DNA from: an uncultured Gemmatimonadales bacterium
GTDB lineage: Bacteria; Gemmatimonadota; Gemmatimonadetes; Gemmatimonadales; GWC2-71-9
NCBI GenBank assembly: GCA_963771275.1
Contig: CAVYSW010000005.1
Location: 64,001 to 128,000 of the forward strand
DNA: 64,000 bases
Direction: 5' to 3'
Under the pieces are notes generated by a model. It worked only from the letters and a program-made list of their open reading frames with translations. It had not been told where the DNA came from and did no database searches. The number at the start of each line of letters is the position of its first letter. Positions within the stretch are counted from its first letter, which is position 1. This document shows positions 8,113 through 15,875 of the stretch, one piece after another. A program made the translations under genes and the position numbers.

Positions 8113-9713
8113 CAGTGGGAGCCCCCGCTGACGCACGCGGAGTGGCAGGCCGAATGGCACGCCGAGTGACAGGCGGAGTGGCACGCGGAATGGCACGCCG
8201 AGTGGCAGGCGTCGTGGCACGCGTTGATGTCGGTCACGAGGTCGGTGTCGATTGGGCCCGAGACCAGGTGATCCGCGGCGACGGGCATGGCGGTCTCGTA
8301 GCGGAACGGATTGCGGTCGTCGCGAAGGGCGGGCGTGTAGTACGGATGGCTGCGGTAGTACCACCAGTACCATCCGTCGTCCGTCTGCCGCCGGTCGGGC
8401 TCCGTGTTCCGCGCCGCCAGGTCCTGATAGTAGGCCTTGGTGGCCTCCACGTCGCAGTCCCACGCCTTGGCGCGGATCGTCTCGACGGCCCGGTGCATCA
8501 GGGTCTCGAGCTCCTCCTGCGAGAACTGGCCGTCGTCCGCCAGCGCCTCGAAGAACAGCCGCTCGTGCTCGCTCAGCTGCGCCGTGTCGGGCCGCTGCAC
8601 CACCCGGATGCGCAGCGGGTCCGGGGACGTGACCGCGAGGTAACCCTGTGCCACCATCGCGTCGAGCAGCGCGCTGAGGATGCGCTTGAACGGAATGCCG
8701 AGATAGAACGCGGCCTCGAGCGGCGTGAGGTCCTTGCAGATCTTGCCGGGCTTCCGGAACGTCGAGAGCACCAGCTTGGGCGGCGTCCAGTCGAGCGCGT
8801 CCCAGCGGATCGCGTCGAGCCCTGCGTGCGCCGCGACCATCGAGCGCTGCTTGCCGGCGATCACGAGGAAGAACACCGCGAGCAGCGCCACGATCCCGCC
8901 GCCCAGGAGCAGCTCGGCCTCGACCTGGTGGCTCAGCCCCGTGATGGTCTTGCCGGCCGTTCCGGCCACCCCTGCCGCTCCTGCCGCTCCTGCCGCTCCC
9001 GTCGTCGTCGCTCCCGTGAACCACTCGGCGGGCAGATAGAACTGGGTCCGCATGTCGAACCGGTTCCCCGGGCGCTCGCGGTGGAACACCAGCCGCAGGC
9101 GGTCGGCTTCGCCGCGCTGGTAGTCGATGCGGAACTTGTCGTTTACCCACGGCTCGGTCAGCACCAGGCGGCCGGCCTCGACGTACTGCCGTGGATCGAC
9201 GCCAGGCGGGAGCACGTGCGGCGTCAGGACGTTGAGCGTGTAGTGATCCTGGTTCGCCGCCTCGTCCCATGCCACGGGCGACCAGTTGAAGAACGTGAGC
9301 GCGCGCCCGTCGGGCGCGGTGGTGGGCCCCACGTACCCCGCCGCGGCGAAATCGGTGCGGAAGGCGAAGAAGAACGTCACCGTCCCCGAGCGGACACCTT
9401 GCCCGCCCGCCAGCACGACGTCCCACCGCCCGCGCGACACGGGGGTGATGGAGAGCCCGTAGCGCCGGCCGGCGCCGTCGAGCGCGTACGCCGCGTCGAC
9501 CGCCATCCCCACGCGCAGCCGGTCGTTGCCCTCGAAGTAGAACCCGTGCAGCTCGCCGCGCAGCACCCGCCACTGGACCACGTACTGCACGACGGCGGCG
9601 CCGTCCTGCCGCAGGTCCACGCTGGTCTCGACGAAGCCGATCTCGCCCGGACCGCCCTGCGCGGGCGGGAGGAGCAGCGCCGCGGCGCAGAGCGCCGCGC
9701 GCGTCGGTCGCAT
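8112..9713 (-). CDS. Signal-peptide, single-TM membrane protein (DUF2207-like layout) with C-terminal (ACHS)n Cys/His repeat tail; putative rSAM substrate
   Basis: N-terminal signal MRPTRAALCAAALLLPPAQG, beta-rich ectodomain, Gly/Ala linker, TM LLLGGGIVALLAVFFLVIA followed by GKQR, domain with LTPLEAAFYLG..AQGYL..LSEHERLFFEAL, tail NACHD(ACHS)6ACVSGGSH. Confidence 0.85.
   Translation of the reverse strand: MRPTRAALCAAALLLPPAQGGPGEIGFVETSVDLRQDGAAVVQYVVQWRVLRGELHGFYFEGNDRLRVGMAVDAAYALDGAGRRYGLSITPVSRGRWDVVLAGGQGVRSGTVTFFFAFRTDFAAAGYVGPTTAPDGRALTFFNWSPVAWDEAANQDHYTLNVLTPHVLPPGVDPRQYVEAGRLVLTEPWVNDKFRIDYQRGEADRLRLVFHRERPGNRFDMRTQFYLPAEWFTGATTTGAAGAAGAAGVAGTAGKTITGLSHQVEAELLLGGGIVALLAVFFLVIAGKQRSMVAAHAGLDAIRWDALDWTPPKLVLSTFRKPGKICKDLTPLEAAFYLGIPFKRILSALLDAMVAQGYLAVTSPDPLRIRVVQRPDTAQLSEHERLFFEALADDGQFSQEELETLMHRAVETIRAKAWDCDVEATKAYYQDLAARNTEPDRRQTDDGWYWWYYRSHPYYTPALRDDRNPFRYETAMPVAADHLVSGPIDTDLVTDINACHDACHSACHSACHSACHSACHSACHSACVSGGSH
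8127..8222 (-). repeat. Eight 12-bp coding tandem units encoding ACHD, 6x ACHS and ACVS
   Basis: Coding-strand units: GCGTGCCACGAC, GCCTGCCACTCG, GCGTGCCATTCC, GCGTGCCACTCC, GCCTGTCACTCG, GCGTGCCATTCG, GCCTGCCACTCC, GCGTGCGTCAGC. Confidence 0.95.
8971..8997. repeat. Perfect 9-bp tandem repeat (cctgccgct x3) encoding the Gly-Ala-Ala linker
   Basis: cctgccgct cctgccgct cctgccgct read directly; encodes the GAAGAAGAAG stretch just before the TM helix. Confidence 0.85.
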
Positions 9714-9717
9714 GGCG

Positions 9718-11847
9718 CTACCCCGCGACCTTCCCGAACGGCATCCGGCGCAGGCGCTTGCCCGTGGCGGCGAACACCGCGTTGGACAGGGCCGGCGCGA
9801 GCGGCGGAATCGGCGGCTCGCCCACGCCCCCGATCGGATCGCCGCCGTTGATGATGTGCACGTTCACCAGCGGTGCCTCGTCGATCGTGGCCAGCGGATA
9901 GCTCGTGAACGTGTGCTGCTCGACCTGTCCGTTCGCCACCGTGATCTGGCTGTAGACCGCGCCGGTGAGCGCCAGCACGACGCCGCCCTCGATCTGCTGC
10001 CGCACCCCGTCCGGGTACACCGCGAGCCCGGAGTCGATGGCGCTCTCGACACGATGGACCCGGATCTTGCCGGAGGCATCCACCGACGCTTCGACCGCGT
10101 GCGCCAGTCGCCCGCCGAAGCAGTACGTGACCGCCAGACCGAGCCCGTGACCGGCAGGGAGCGTTCGCCCCCAGCCGATCGCCTCGGCGACCGTCTCGAG
10201 CAGGGCCCGCTGCCGGAGGTCGCTGCCGTCGAGCAGCTCGAGCCGCAATGCCAGCGGATCCCGCTTCAGCTCGTGCGCGATCTCGTCGAGAAACGCTTCG
10301 GTGGCGAAGCAGTTCTGCTGCGCGTACACCGAGCGGAACGCGGCGCAGCTGAGCGGTGTGTTCGACATCTTCCACTCGATCAGGGCGGCGGGCCACTTGT
10401 AGGCCAGGCCCATTGCCCCGGACAGTGCGCTGCGGTCCACCTGGGTCCGCCCGCGCTCGGGGTTGGCGGCGAACCCGTTCGAATGGGCGATCACGCGGTG
10501 GCGCCAGCCGATCCACGTTCCTGCCGCGTCGAACGCCGCCTCCATCTGATGGCGGCTGATCGGCCGGTAGCGGCCGTGCGTGGTGTCTTCGTCCCGGGTC
10601 CACATGATCTGGACCGGGCCGCCGATCGCCCGGGAGACCTCGGCCGCATCGGCCGCCCAGTCGTTGTCCAGCCGCCGGCCGAATCCGCCGCCGCTGTAGA
10701 GTGTGTGCAGCCGGACGTTCGCCACCGGAACCCCGAGCGCCTGGGCCGCCATGGCCTGGGCACCCTGCGGCGCCTGCGTCGGCACCCAGACATCCGCCAT
10801 GTCGCCCTTCACATCGGCGGTGGCGTTGATCGGCTCCAGCGGCGAGTGGGACAGGAAGGGGCACTCGTAGACCGCGGTGATCGTCTTCGCGGCGGTCGCG
10901 AACACCTGCCGCGCGTTGTTGGTCTCCTCGGCCACGATCGGCTCGGCCTGACCGTCCCGCTCGAGCTGGGCCGCGATCCCGGCGCTCGAGAGATCGGCGT
11001 GCGGGCCCGGGTCCCAGTCGATCTTCAGCCGGCTCATGCCCTTCAGCGCGGCCCACGTGTGGTCGGCAACTACGGCTACGCCCGCCGTGATCTTCACGAC
11101 CTGCCGCACGCCGCGCACCTGCGTGGTTGCCGTGTCGTCCCACCCTCGCAGGCTTCCGCCGATCGTCGGTGGGCGCCTGACGACCGCGAACTTCATCCCC
11201 GGTAGACGGAAGTCGAGGCCGTAGACCGCGCTCCCGTCCGTCTTCTCGGGAATGTCCACCCGGGACTGCTCCGTGCCGATGTACCGGAACTGGCTCGGCT
11301 CCTTGCGGTTCGGCCGGGCGGGAACCGGCTGGCGTGCGGCGTCGTCGGTGAGCTCGCCGTAGCCAAACGATCGGCCCGTCGGCTGGTGGAGCACCCTGCC
11401 GAGTTGCGCCGTGCAGGCGGCGGCGGGAACGCCCCACCGTTCGGCGGCGGCGGCGACCAGCATCTCGCGCGCGGCGGCGGCGGCATCACCGAGCGGCCCG
11501 AAGAACAGCCGGATGCTGGTGGACCCGCCCGCCGTCATGCTGCCCCAGACCTCCCGCGGGCCGGCGAGCGCCATCCGGATTTCGATGGCATCCCACGGCA
11601 CCTCGAGCTCGTCGGCCACGATCATCTTGAGACCGGTGCGGGAGCCCTGTCCCATCTCGGGACGAGGCGTATACCATACGACGCGGCCCTCGGGCGTGAC
11701 CGTGATGAAGACGTTCGGCTTGAACTCGCCGGATCCTCCGGCCGACGCGGTGGGGAAGGGCACGTGGACGCCCAGGATCAGCGCGCCCGTGGCGCCGGCT
11801 GCGACCTCGAGGAAGTCGCGGCGGTCGATCTTGAAGACCTCAGTCAT
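9718..11847 (-). CDS. Xanthine oxidase family molybdopterin-binding subunit (IorB/aldehyde oxidoreductase-like), Tat-exported
   Basis: [18 protein letters not shown]at signal, [36 protein letters not shown]. Confidence 0.9.
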   Translation of the reverse strand: MTEVFKIDRRDFLEVAAGATGALILGVHVPFPTASAGGSGEFKPNVFITVTPEGRVVWYTPRPEMGQGSRTGLKMIVADELEVPWDAIEIRMALAGPREVWGSMTAGGSTSIRLFFGPLGDAAAAAREMLVAAAAERWGVPAAACTAQLGRVLHQPTGRSFGYGELTDDAARQPVPARPNRKEPSQFRYIGTEQSRVDIPEKTDGSAVYGLDFRLPGMKFAVVRRPPTIGGSLRGWDDTATTQVRGVRQVVKITAGVAVVADHTWAALKGMSRLKIDWDPGPHADLSSAGIAAQLERDGQAEPIVAEETNNARQVFATAAKTITAVYECPFLSHSPLEPINATADVKGDMADVWVPTQAPQGAQAMAAQALGVPVANVRLHTLYSGGGFGRRLDNDWAADAAEVSRAIGGPVQIMWTRDEDTTHGRYRPISRHQMEAAFDAAGTWIGWRHRVIAHSNGFAANPERGRTQVDRSALSGAMGLAYKWPAALIEWKMSNTPLSCAAFRSVYAQQNCFATEAFLDEIAHELKRDPLALRLELLDGSDLRQRALLETVAEAIGWGRTLPAGHGLGLAVTYCFGGRLAHAVEASVDASGKIRVHRVESAIDSGLAVYPDGVRQQIEGGVVLALTGAVYSQITVANGQVEQHTFTSYPLATIDEAPLVNVHIINGGDPIGGVGEPPIPPLAPALSNAVFAATGKRLRRMPFGKVAG

Positions 11848-12307
11848 GGTGCACCTCCGCCGCCGCGCGGTGGATCGCCTTGCGGATCCGCTGGTACGTC
11901 CCACACCGGCAGAGCAGGGTGGACATCGCTGCGTCGATGTCGGCGTCGGTCGGCTGCGGGGTCCTGTGCAGCAGGTCCACGGCCGCGAGTATCTGGCCGG
12001 AGTGGCACCAGCCGCACTGCGGCACCTGCTCCGCGATCCAGGCGCGCTGCACCGGATGGCTGCGGTCGTTCGACAGCCCTTCGATCGTCTGAATCACCGC
12101 GCCGTTCGCGGCGCTGATCTGCAGCAGGCAGGAGCGCACCAGGGAACCGTTGACGAACACCGAACACGCGCCGCACTCGCCGACTCCGCAGCCGTATTTC
12201 GTGCCGGTGAGGCCGACCGTGTCCCGGAGCACCCAGAGCAAGGGGGTGTCCGCGTCCACGTCGACGGCATGCTTCCGCTCATTGACCGTGATCGTGTAGG
12301 AAGCCAT
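11840..12307 (-). CDS. (2Fe-2S)-binding small subunit (IorA/CoxS-like)
   Basis: [35 protein letters not shown]. Confidence 0.92.
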   Translation of the reverse strand: MASYTITVNERKHAVDVDADTPLLWVLRDTVGLTGTKYGCGVGECGACSVFVNGSLVRSCLLQISAANGAVIQTIEGLSNDRSHPVQRAWIAEQVPQCGWCHSGQILAAVDLLHRTPQPTDADIDAAMSTLLCRCGTYQRIRKAIHRAAAEVHHD

Positions 12308-12394
12308 GGGCGACTCTCCCTGGGATCGAGGTGTGGACATGGGAGGTGCCGCGGTGCCGCAGCGCAGGCTCCTCCGACGCGCCGATCTGACCCT

Positions 12395-12424
12395 AAGGTA
12401 TGCTCGGCCGCACAGGCCAGGCAA
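12395..12424 (-). promoter_or_regulatory. Possible sigma70 promoter for the iorA-led minus-strand run
   Basis: TTGCCT-N18-TACCTT on the minus strand, about 90 nt upstream of ATG 12307. Confidence 0.35.
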
Positions 12425-12505
12425 TCGACGGCAAGTCGGCCGGGGCCTTCGTGGGGGGACTCGTGTTGTGGTGGGGGCCGGGAAAACGGCGGGGTGCGCG
12501 GCGAC

Positions 12506-12667
12506 CTACGCTGAGGGCGGCTCCTCCACCGCTTCCACCTTTGCCTGGCGGGCCTCGGCCCGCTCCTCTGCGCGCCTCGCGCGACGCTCGCGCTTGGCCT
12601 CCTGCTTCTCCCGCTTGTCCATCTCCCGCTTGCGCTTCGCCGCCGATAATGGGCCGCGTCTCGCCAT
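12506..12667 (-). CDS. Small basic, charged helical protein (53 aa)
   Basis: MARRGPLSAAKRKREMDKREKQEAKRERRARR..; GGAGGAG ribosome-binding site upstream. Confidence 0.65.
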   Translation of the reverse strand: MARRGPLSAAKRKREMDKREKQEAKRERRARRAEERAEARQAKVEAVEEPPSA

Positions 12668-12669
12668 GG

Positions 12670-12963
12670 TTACGCTCCTCCCGTTCGCGGTGCGCCGAAC
12701 ACGTTCGCGTCGAGCCATTCCGTGAACCGGCGGTCGAGCTCCTGCTGCGCCTGGCCGGGATGGAACGGCATCACCTCCCACCGCGTCCCGGTGCTCATCA
12801 GCCACCAGGCCGGGTCCGTGGCCAGCTGCGCCCGCTTGACGTTGGCGGGCAGCCCGTCATAGGACACGAAGTGGAACTCGCGCCCGCGATACACGAGCCG
12901 CCGCTGCTCGACCGCATGCCGCGTCACCCGGGCGGGAAGCGCCTCGCTGACCGGGCGCGTCAC
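12670..12963 (-). CDS. Hypothetical protein (about 97 aa)
   Basis: Protein-like composition (LVYRGREFHFVSYDG..AWWLMSTGTRWEVMP); GTG overlaps the upstream stop (GTGA). Confidence 0.65.
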   Translation of the reverse strand: MTRPVSEALPARVTRHAVEQRRLVYRGREFHFVSYDGLPANVKRAQLATDPAWWLMSTGTRWEVMPFHPGQAQQELDRRFTEWLDANVFGAPRTGGA

Positions 12964-13190
12964 CACAGGTCGTCCACCGACAGGTTCGGCACCCGCCCCT
13001 CGATGATGCGCCGCCCGAACGCGTGGCACCCGCGGATGGCCGCCTGCTCGGTCGCGAACGTCGCCGGACCGCTGAAGGCGCGCACCTTGTCGCGATGCGC
13101 GATCAGCAGGTCCAGGGTCCACTGGCCGCTGCCGCGAATCTGGAATGTGCGCGGCGTGATGGTAAACCCCTCGTAGGCGAGCGACCTCAC
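12960..13190 (-). CDS. Hypothetical small protein (about 76 aa)
   Basis: YEGFTITPRTFQIRGSGQWTLDLLI..FATEQAAIRGCHAFGRRIIEG; start codon uncertain. Confidence 0.6.
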   Translation of the reverse strand: MRSLAYEGFTITPRTFQIRGSGQWTLDLLIAHRDKVRAFSGPATFATEQAAIRGCHAFGRRIIEGRVPNLSVDDLW

Positions 13191-13333
13191 CAGCCGGCCC
13201 GGATTCGAGCGGCGGTGAAGGGGCGGGGCGGCGACTCGTGCGAGCCGCGTGCCGCGCACCATCCGCTGAGCGCGGCACCCGACTCTGCCGTCCGTGTCGA
13301 ATTGCCCATGCTGAAGTATACCCTCGGCGTCAA

Positions 13334-13774
13334 TCACGTGGTGCCGCCACGTCTCTGGAGACGCGGGTAGTCGACGTACGCGCCCGTCACGCGGCCCGCC
13401 GGCACGGGCAGGAGATCGAGGGTGACGAGCGTGGAATCGTAGCGCGCGGCAGCCCGCCGCAGTCCCATGAACAGATGCTCGAGGCACGACAGCGAGCGGA
13501 CGGTGGGGCGGGTCGTCCCCACGATGTGCCACGCGCCGCGGGCTCGGACACTGCCGCCGTCGCTGGCGTCGACGAATCCGGCGAACGGTGTGTAGCGGAG
13601 GAATTCCACCAACCCGAGCGCCATGAGGCGCGACGGCGCGTCGAACGCGAAGAAGAAGCGCTGCGGCTGGCGCAGCGCGCGCGTCGCTTGCAGGTCGAGC
13701 CAGCACTGGCGCGCGCTGACCAGCGAGCCCTTGGACGCACCATCCTGGTATTCGTCGTTCAGCGAGGAGCGCAT
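13334..13774 (-). CDS. Hypothetical protein, weak resemblance to an RraB-like fold
   Basis: 146-aa ORF with an alternating strand/helix pattern (RFFFAFDAP, WHIVGTT); family call is tentative. Confidence 0.45.
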   Translation of the reverse strand: MRSSLNDEYQDGASKGSLVSARQCWLDLQATRALRQPQRFFFAFDAPSRLMALGLVEFLRYTPFAGFVDASDGGSVRARGAWHIVGTTRPTVRSLSCLEHLFMGLRRAAARYDSTLVTLDLLPVPAGRVTGAYVDYPRLQRRGGTT

Positions 13775-13836
13775 GCGGACGTCCGATCGGGGGGGTGACG
13801 ACGCCGTTCCTGGAGCGGCCGGTTCCGCGACGCGAC

Positions 13837-13873
13837 AAAAAAAGGCGGGAGCAGCGCCGCGGCGCCTTCCCGC
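13837..13873 (-). terminator. Rho-independent terminator
   Basis: Minus strand GCGGGAAGGCGCC-GC-GGCGCTGCTCCCGC followed by C and T7. Confidence 0.8.
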
Positions 13874-13915
13874 ACTCGAATCGCTTCCAGTGGGCGCGAC
13901 CTGCCTGGCGCCCGT
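13837..13915 (-). ncRNA. Candidate ~80-nt sRNA or attenuator/riboswitch leader
   Basis: Lies between a TTGACA-N17-TAGCCT promoter and an intrinsic terminator; contains a GGGCGC/GCGCCC hairpin; no family recognised. Confidence 0.45.
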
Positions 13916-13921
13916 GGAAGG

Positions 13922-13950
13922 AGGCTAGCGGGGCCAGGGCACGCTGTCAA
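13922..13950 (-). promoter_or_regulatory. Sigma70-type promoter
   Basis: Perfect -35 TTGACA (13950-13945), 17-bp spacer, -10 TAGCCT (13927-13922). Confidence 0.7.
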
Positions 13951-14256
13951 CGAGCGAGTGGGAGGGGAGGGCACGCCCGCCGGGCCGCCCCGCCCCGCCG
14001 GGAGGGTGGGGCATTCCGTTTTGGCCGCCCCTCGGTTACCTTACTGGCAATCGCGAGGCGCTCTCTGAAGCGTCACAGACAACGCAACGGACTTGCATGG
14101 GGAACCCGGCAACTGACGTGGTTCCTCTTCCGTTTGTAAAAACGCCGCGCAGTGCGGCACCCCGCCGCGGGGGCACGTCCGCGGGATCACGCGATGGACG
14201 ATCGGTCAGTGCGGACATTCCGGACTCCGACGCGCATCGAGCCAAGAGGAGAAGGT

Positions 14257-14469
14257 ATGTCACGCATCAAGGGCAAGGTGAAGTGGTTCAATGACCAGAA
14301 GGGCTTTGGCTTCATCACGCCCGACAACGGAGAGAAGGACTGCTTCGTCCACCACTCGGCCATTCAGGGCTCCGGTTTCAAGAGCCTGAGTGAGGGTGAG
14401 GCCGTGGAGTTCGACATGGTCCAGGGCCAGAAGGGTCCCGCGGCGGAGAACGTCACCAAGGTCGGCTAA
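14257..14469 (+). CDS. cspA: Cold-shock protein (CspA family)
   Basis: [16 protein letters not shown] (RNP1), CFVHHSAI (RNP2), GPAAENV; AGGAG RBS; 70 aa. Confidence 0.95.
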   Translation: MSRIKGKVKWFNDQKGFGFITPDNGEKDCFVHHSAIQGSGFKSLSEGEAVEFDMVQGQKGPAAENVTKVG

Positions 14470-14615
14470 CCCCGCCCGGCGGTAACCAGTCGCGACGATC
14501 GGGGTCGCATCGACACTGTCGGTGCGGCCCCGATCTGCGTCGCGGGGCCCGGCCCCCCCTGCCGTAGCACCGGCCGACCACGGGCACCGGCGCGCGTGTC
14601 GCCGGTGCCGCGGTC

Positions 14616-15044
14616 TCAATCGTAGCTTCGCCGAACCTCCGGCGTGGCCATGAGGTCCGTCTCCCGCGCGACGATCGGCCAGGACGCGAGGCCGCGGTGC
14701 ACCCGGTAGTACTTCTCCGGGACCGGATGCGTGCCAACGACCACCGGCACACCGTACCGCTGCGTGATGAACGCGCGGAAGTCCTCCACGTACGGGCAGG
14801 GCGGGTACCCCACGACCAGTCCCGTTGCCAGGTGAATGGCCTCGGCGCCGTTCCTGATCATCTCCTCCGGTACGTACTCGACGTTGCCCCCGGGGCAGCC
14901 CGCACAGGTCGAGAACCCGACGAGCTCGAGCGGCTCGTCGGCCGGATACCGGCTGAATGCGCCCGCACGCTCGCGCAGGGCGCGCAGGCACTTGCCCGCG
15001 CCGCAGGTGCGGTAGCGGTCGCAGATGATGATGCCGATCTTCAT
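14616..15044 (-). CDS. CGGC domain protein
   Basis: MKIGIIIC..C.AGKC, VGFSTCAGCPG, IHLATG, YPPCP, VVVGTH; GGAGGA RBS. Confidence 0.85.
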   Translation of the reverse strand: MKIGIIICDRYRTCGAGKCLRALRERAGAFSRYPADEPLELVGFSTCAGCPGGNVEYVPEEMIRNGAEAIHLATGLVVGYPPCPYVEDFRAFITQRYGVPVVVGTHPVPEKYYRVHRGLASWPIVARETDLMATPEVRRSYD

Positions 15045-15064
15045 CGGTCCTCCCTCCCGGGGGC

Positions 15065-15451
15065 CTAGGCCGCGCCGTGCCCGTGGACGTGCGCGTGGCC
15101 GCCCGCGCACAGCTGCCCCGGATCGACCAGTCGCAGCCGGTTGGCGCGGGCCTCCGCCACGACGTCCCGCACCGCGCATCCCGTGGACACGTACACGTCG
15201 ATCCCCGCAGCGGCGAGCCGGTGGAACGCGCTGCGACCGATTCCCCGGCACACGACCGCCGTGATGTCGTGACCGGCCAGACCGTCGAGCGGCCGGCAGG
15301 CGCCGTGCTCGTGCTGGCGGGACGGGTTCGCGACCACCGTGGTGGCGCCGGTCTCGACGTTTACCACATGGAACCACGGGGCCGAGCCAAAATGGCCGCA
15401 CACGGGGGCGTCGAGGCCCTCATCCGTGTCGGCGGGTATGCAGATCCGCAT
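15065..15451 (-). CDS. NifB/NifX family (Fe-Mo cofactor-binding-like) protein
   Basis: MRICIP, HFGSAPWF, GACRP, VVCRGIG..A, His-rich tail CAGGHAHVHGHG. Confidence 0.88.
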   Translation of the reverse strand: MRICIPADTDEGLDAPVCGHFGSAPWFHVVNVETGATTVVANPSRQHEHGACRPLDGLAGHDITAVVCRGIGRSAFHRLAAAGIDVYVSTGCAVRDVVAEARANRLRLVDPGQLCAGGHAHVHGHGAA

Positions 15452-15734
15452 CTTCGGTTCCCTTTCGAATGACGAGTGCCTTGTTGGCGAGCAGCGCGTC
15501 GAGCACCTTGACCCGCCCCTGCGTGAGCAGCCGCTGCACCGTGCCGCGGGAGACCCCCATACGCCGGCCGGCGGCCTCCTGACCGAGGCCGTCGAAGTCG
15601 CACAGCCGCATGGCCTCCAGCTCGCTCAGCCTGAGGTCGACGTGCTCGAGCTCGGTCATGGGGATGCTGCGCGGCTTGAACACCGGATCGCCGGCAAAGG
15701 CCCGGCAGCGGCGCTGCTTGCGGGGACGGGGCAC
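15420..15734 (-). CDS. DUF134 family HTH DNA-binding protein
   Basis: MPRPRKQRRC, FKP, ELEAMRLCDFDGLGQEAAGRRMGVSRGTVQRLL. Confidence 0.9.
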   Translation of the reverse strand: MPRPRKQRRCRAFAGDPVFKPRSIPMTELEHVDLRLSELEAMRLCDFDGLGQEAAGRRMGVSRGTVQRLLTQGRVKVLDALLANKALVIRKGTEDADLHTRRHG

Positions 15735-15746
15735 GGACTCACCTCA

Positions 15747-15766
15747 TATTGTGCATATGCACAATA
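15747..15766. promoter_or_regulatory. Perfect 20-bp palindrome, putative operator
   Basis: TATTGTGCAT-ATGCACAATA; AT-rich in a GC-rich context; 12 bp upstream of the DUF134 start. Confidence 0.8.
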
Positions 15767-15875
15767 CCGTCCGCCCGCCCTCCGGGCAAGGGAGCCCGGC
15801 GAACCCGCTCGGCGTCGCTCGCCGGTTGCCGCGGACCGGGCAGCCGGGATAGACTGCCCCTGTGGAGGTACCACC

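Noticed and set aside
8127..8222. ACHS repeats as c-type heme motifs (CX3CH) or as a CRISPR/VNTR array
   Set aside because: The motifs share cysteines and are too dense for heme packing, the tail is predicted cytoplasmic, and no cytochrome c maturation genes are nearby. Units are 12 bp with no spacers and vary only synonymously. Heme or metal binding is not strictly excluded.
6760..9573. 937-aa ORF as a giant rSAM protein
   Set aside because: The first ~487 codons are an Arg/Gly/Pro-rich shadow frame over the 533-aa gene; the real start is ATG 8112.
15065..15451. NifX-like gene as evidence of nitrogen fixation
   Set aside because: No nifHDK or nifEN in the window; the family is widespread in non-diazotrophs alongside DUF134.
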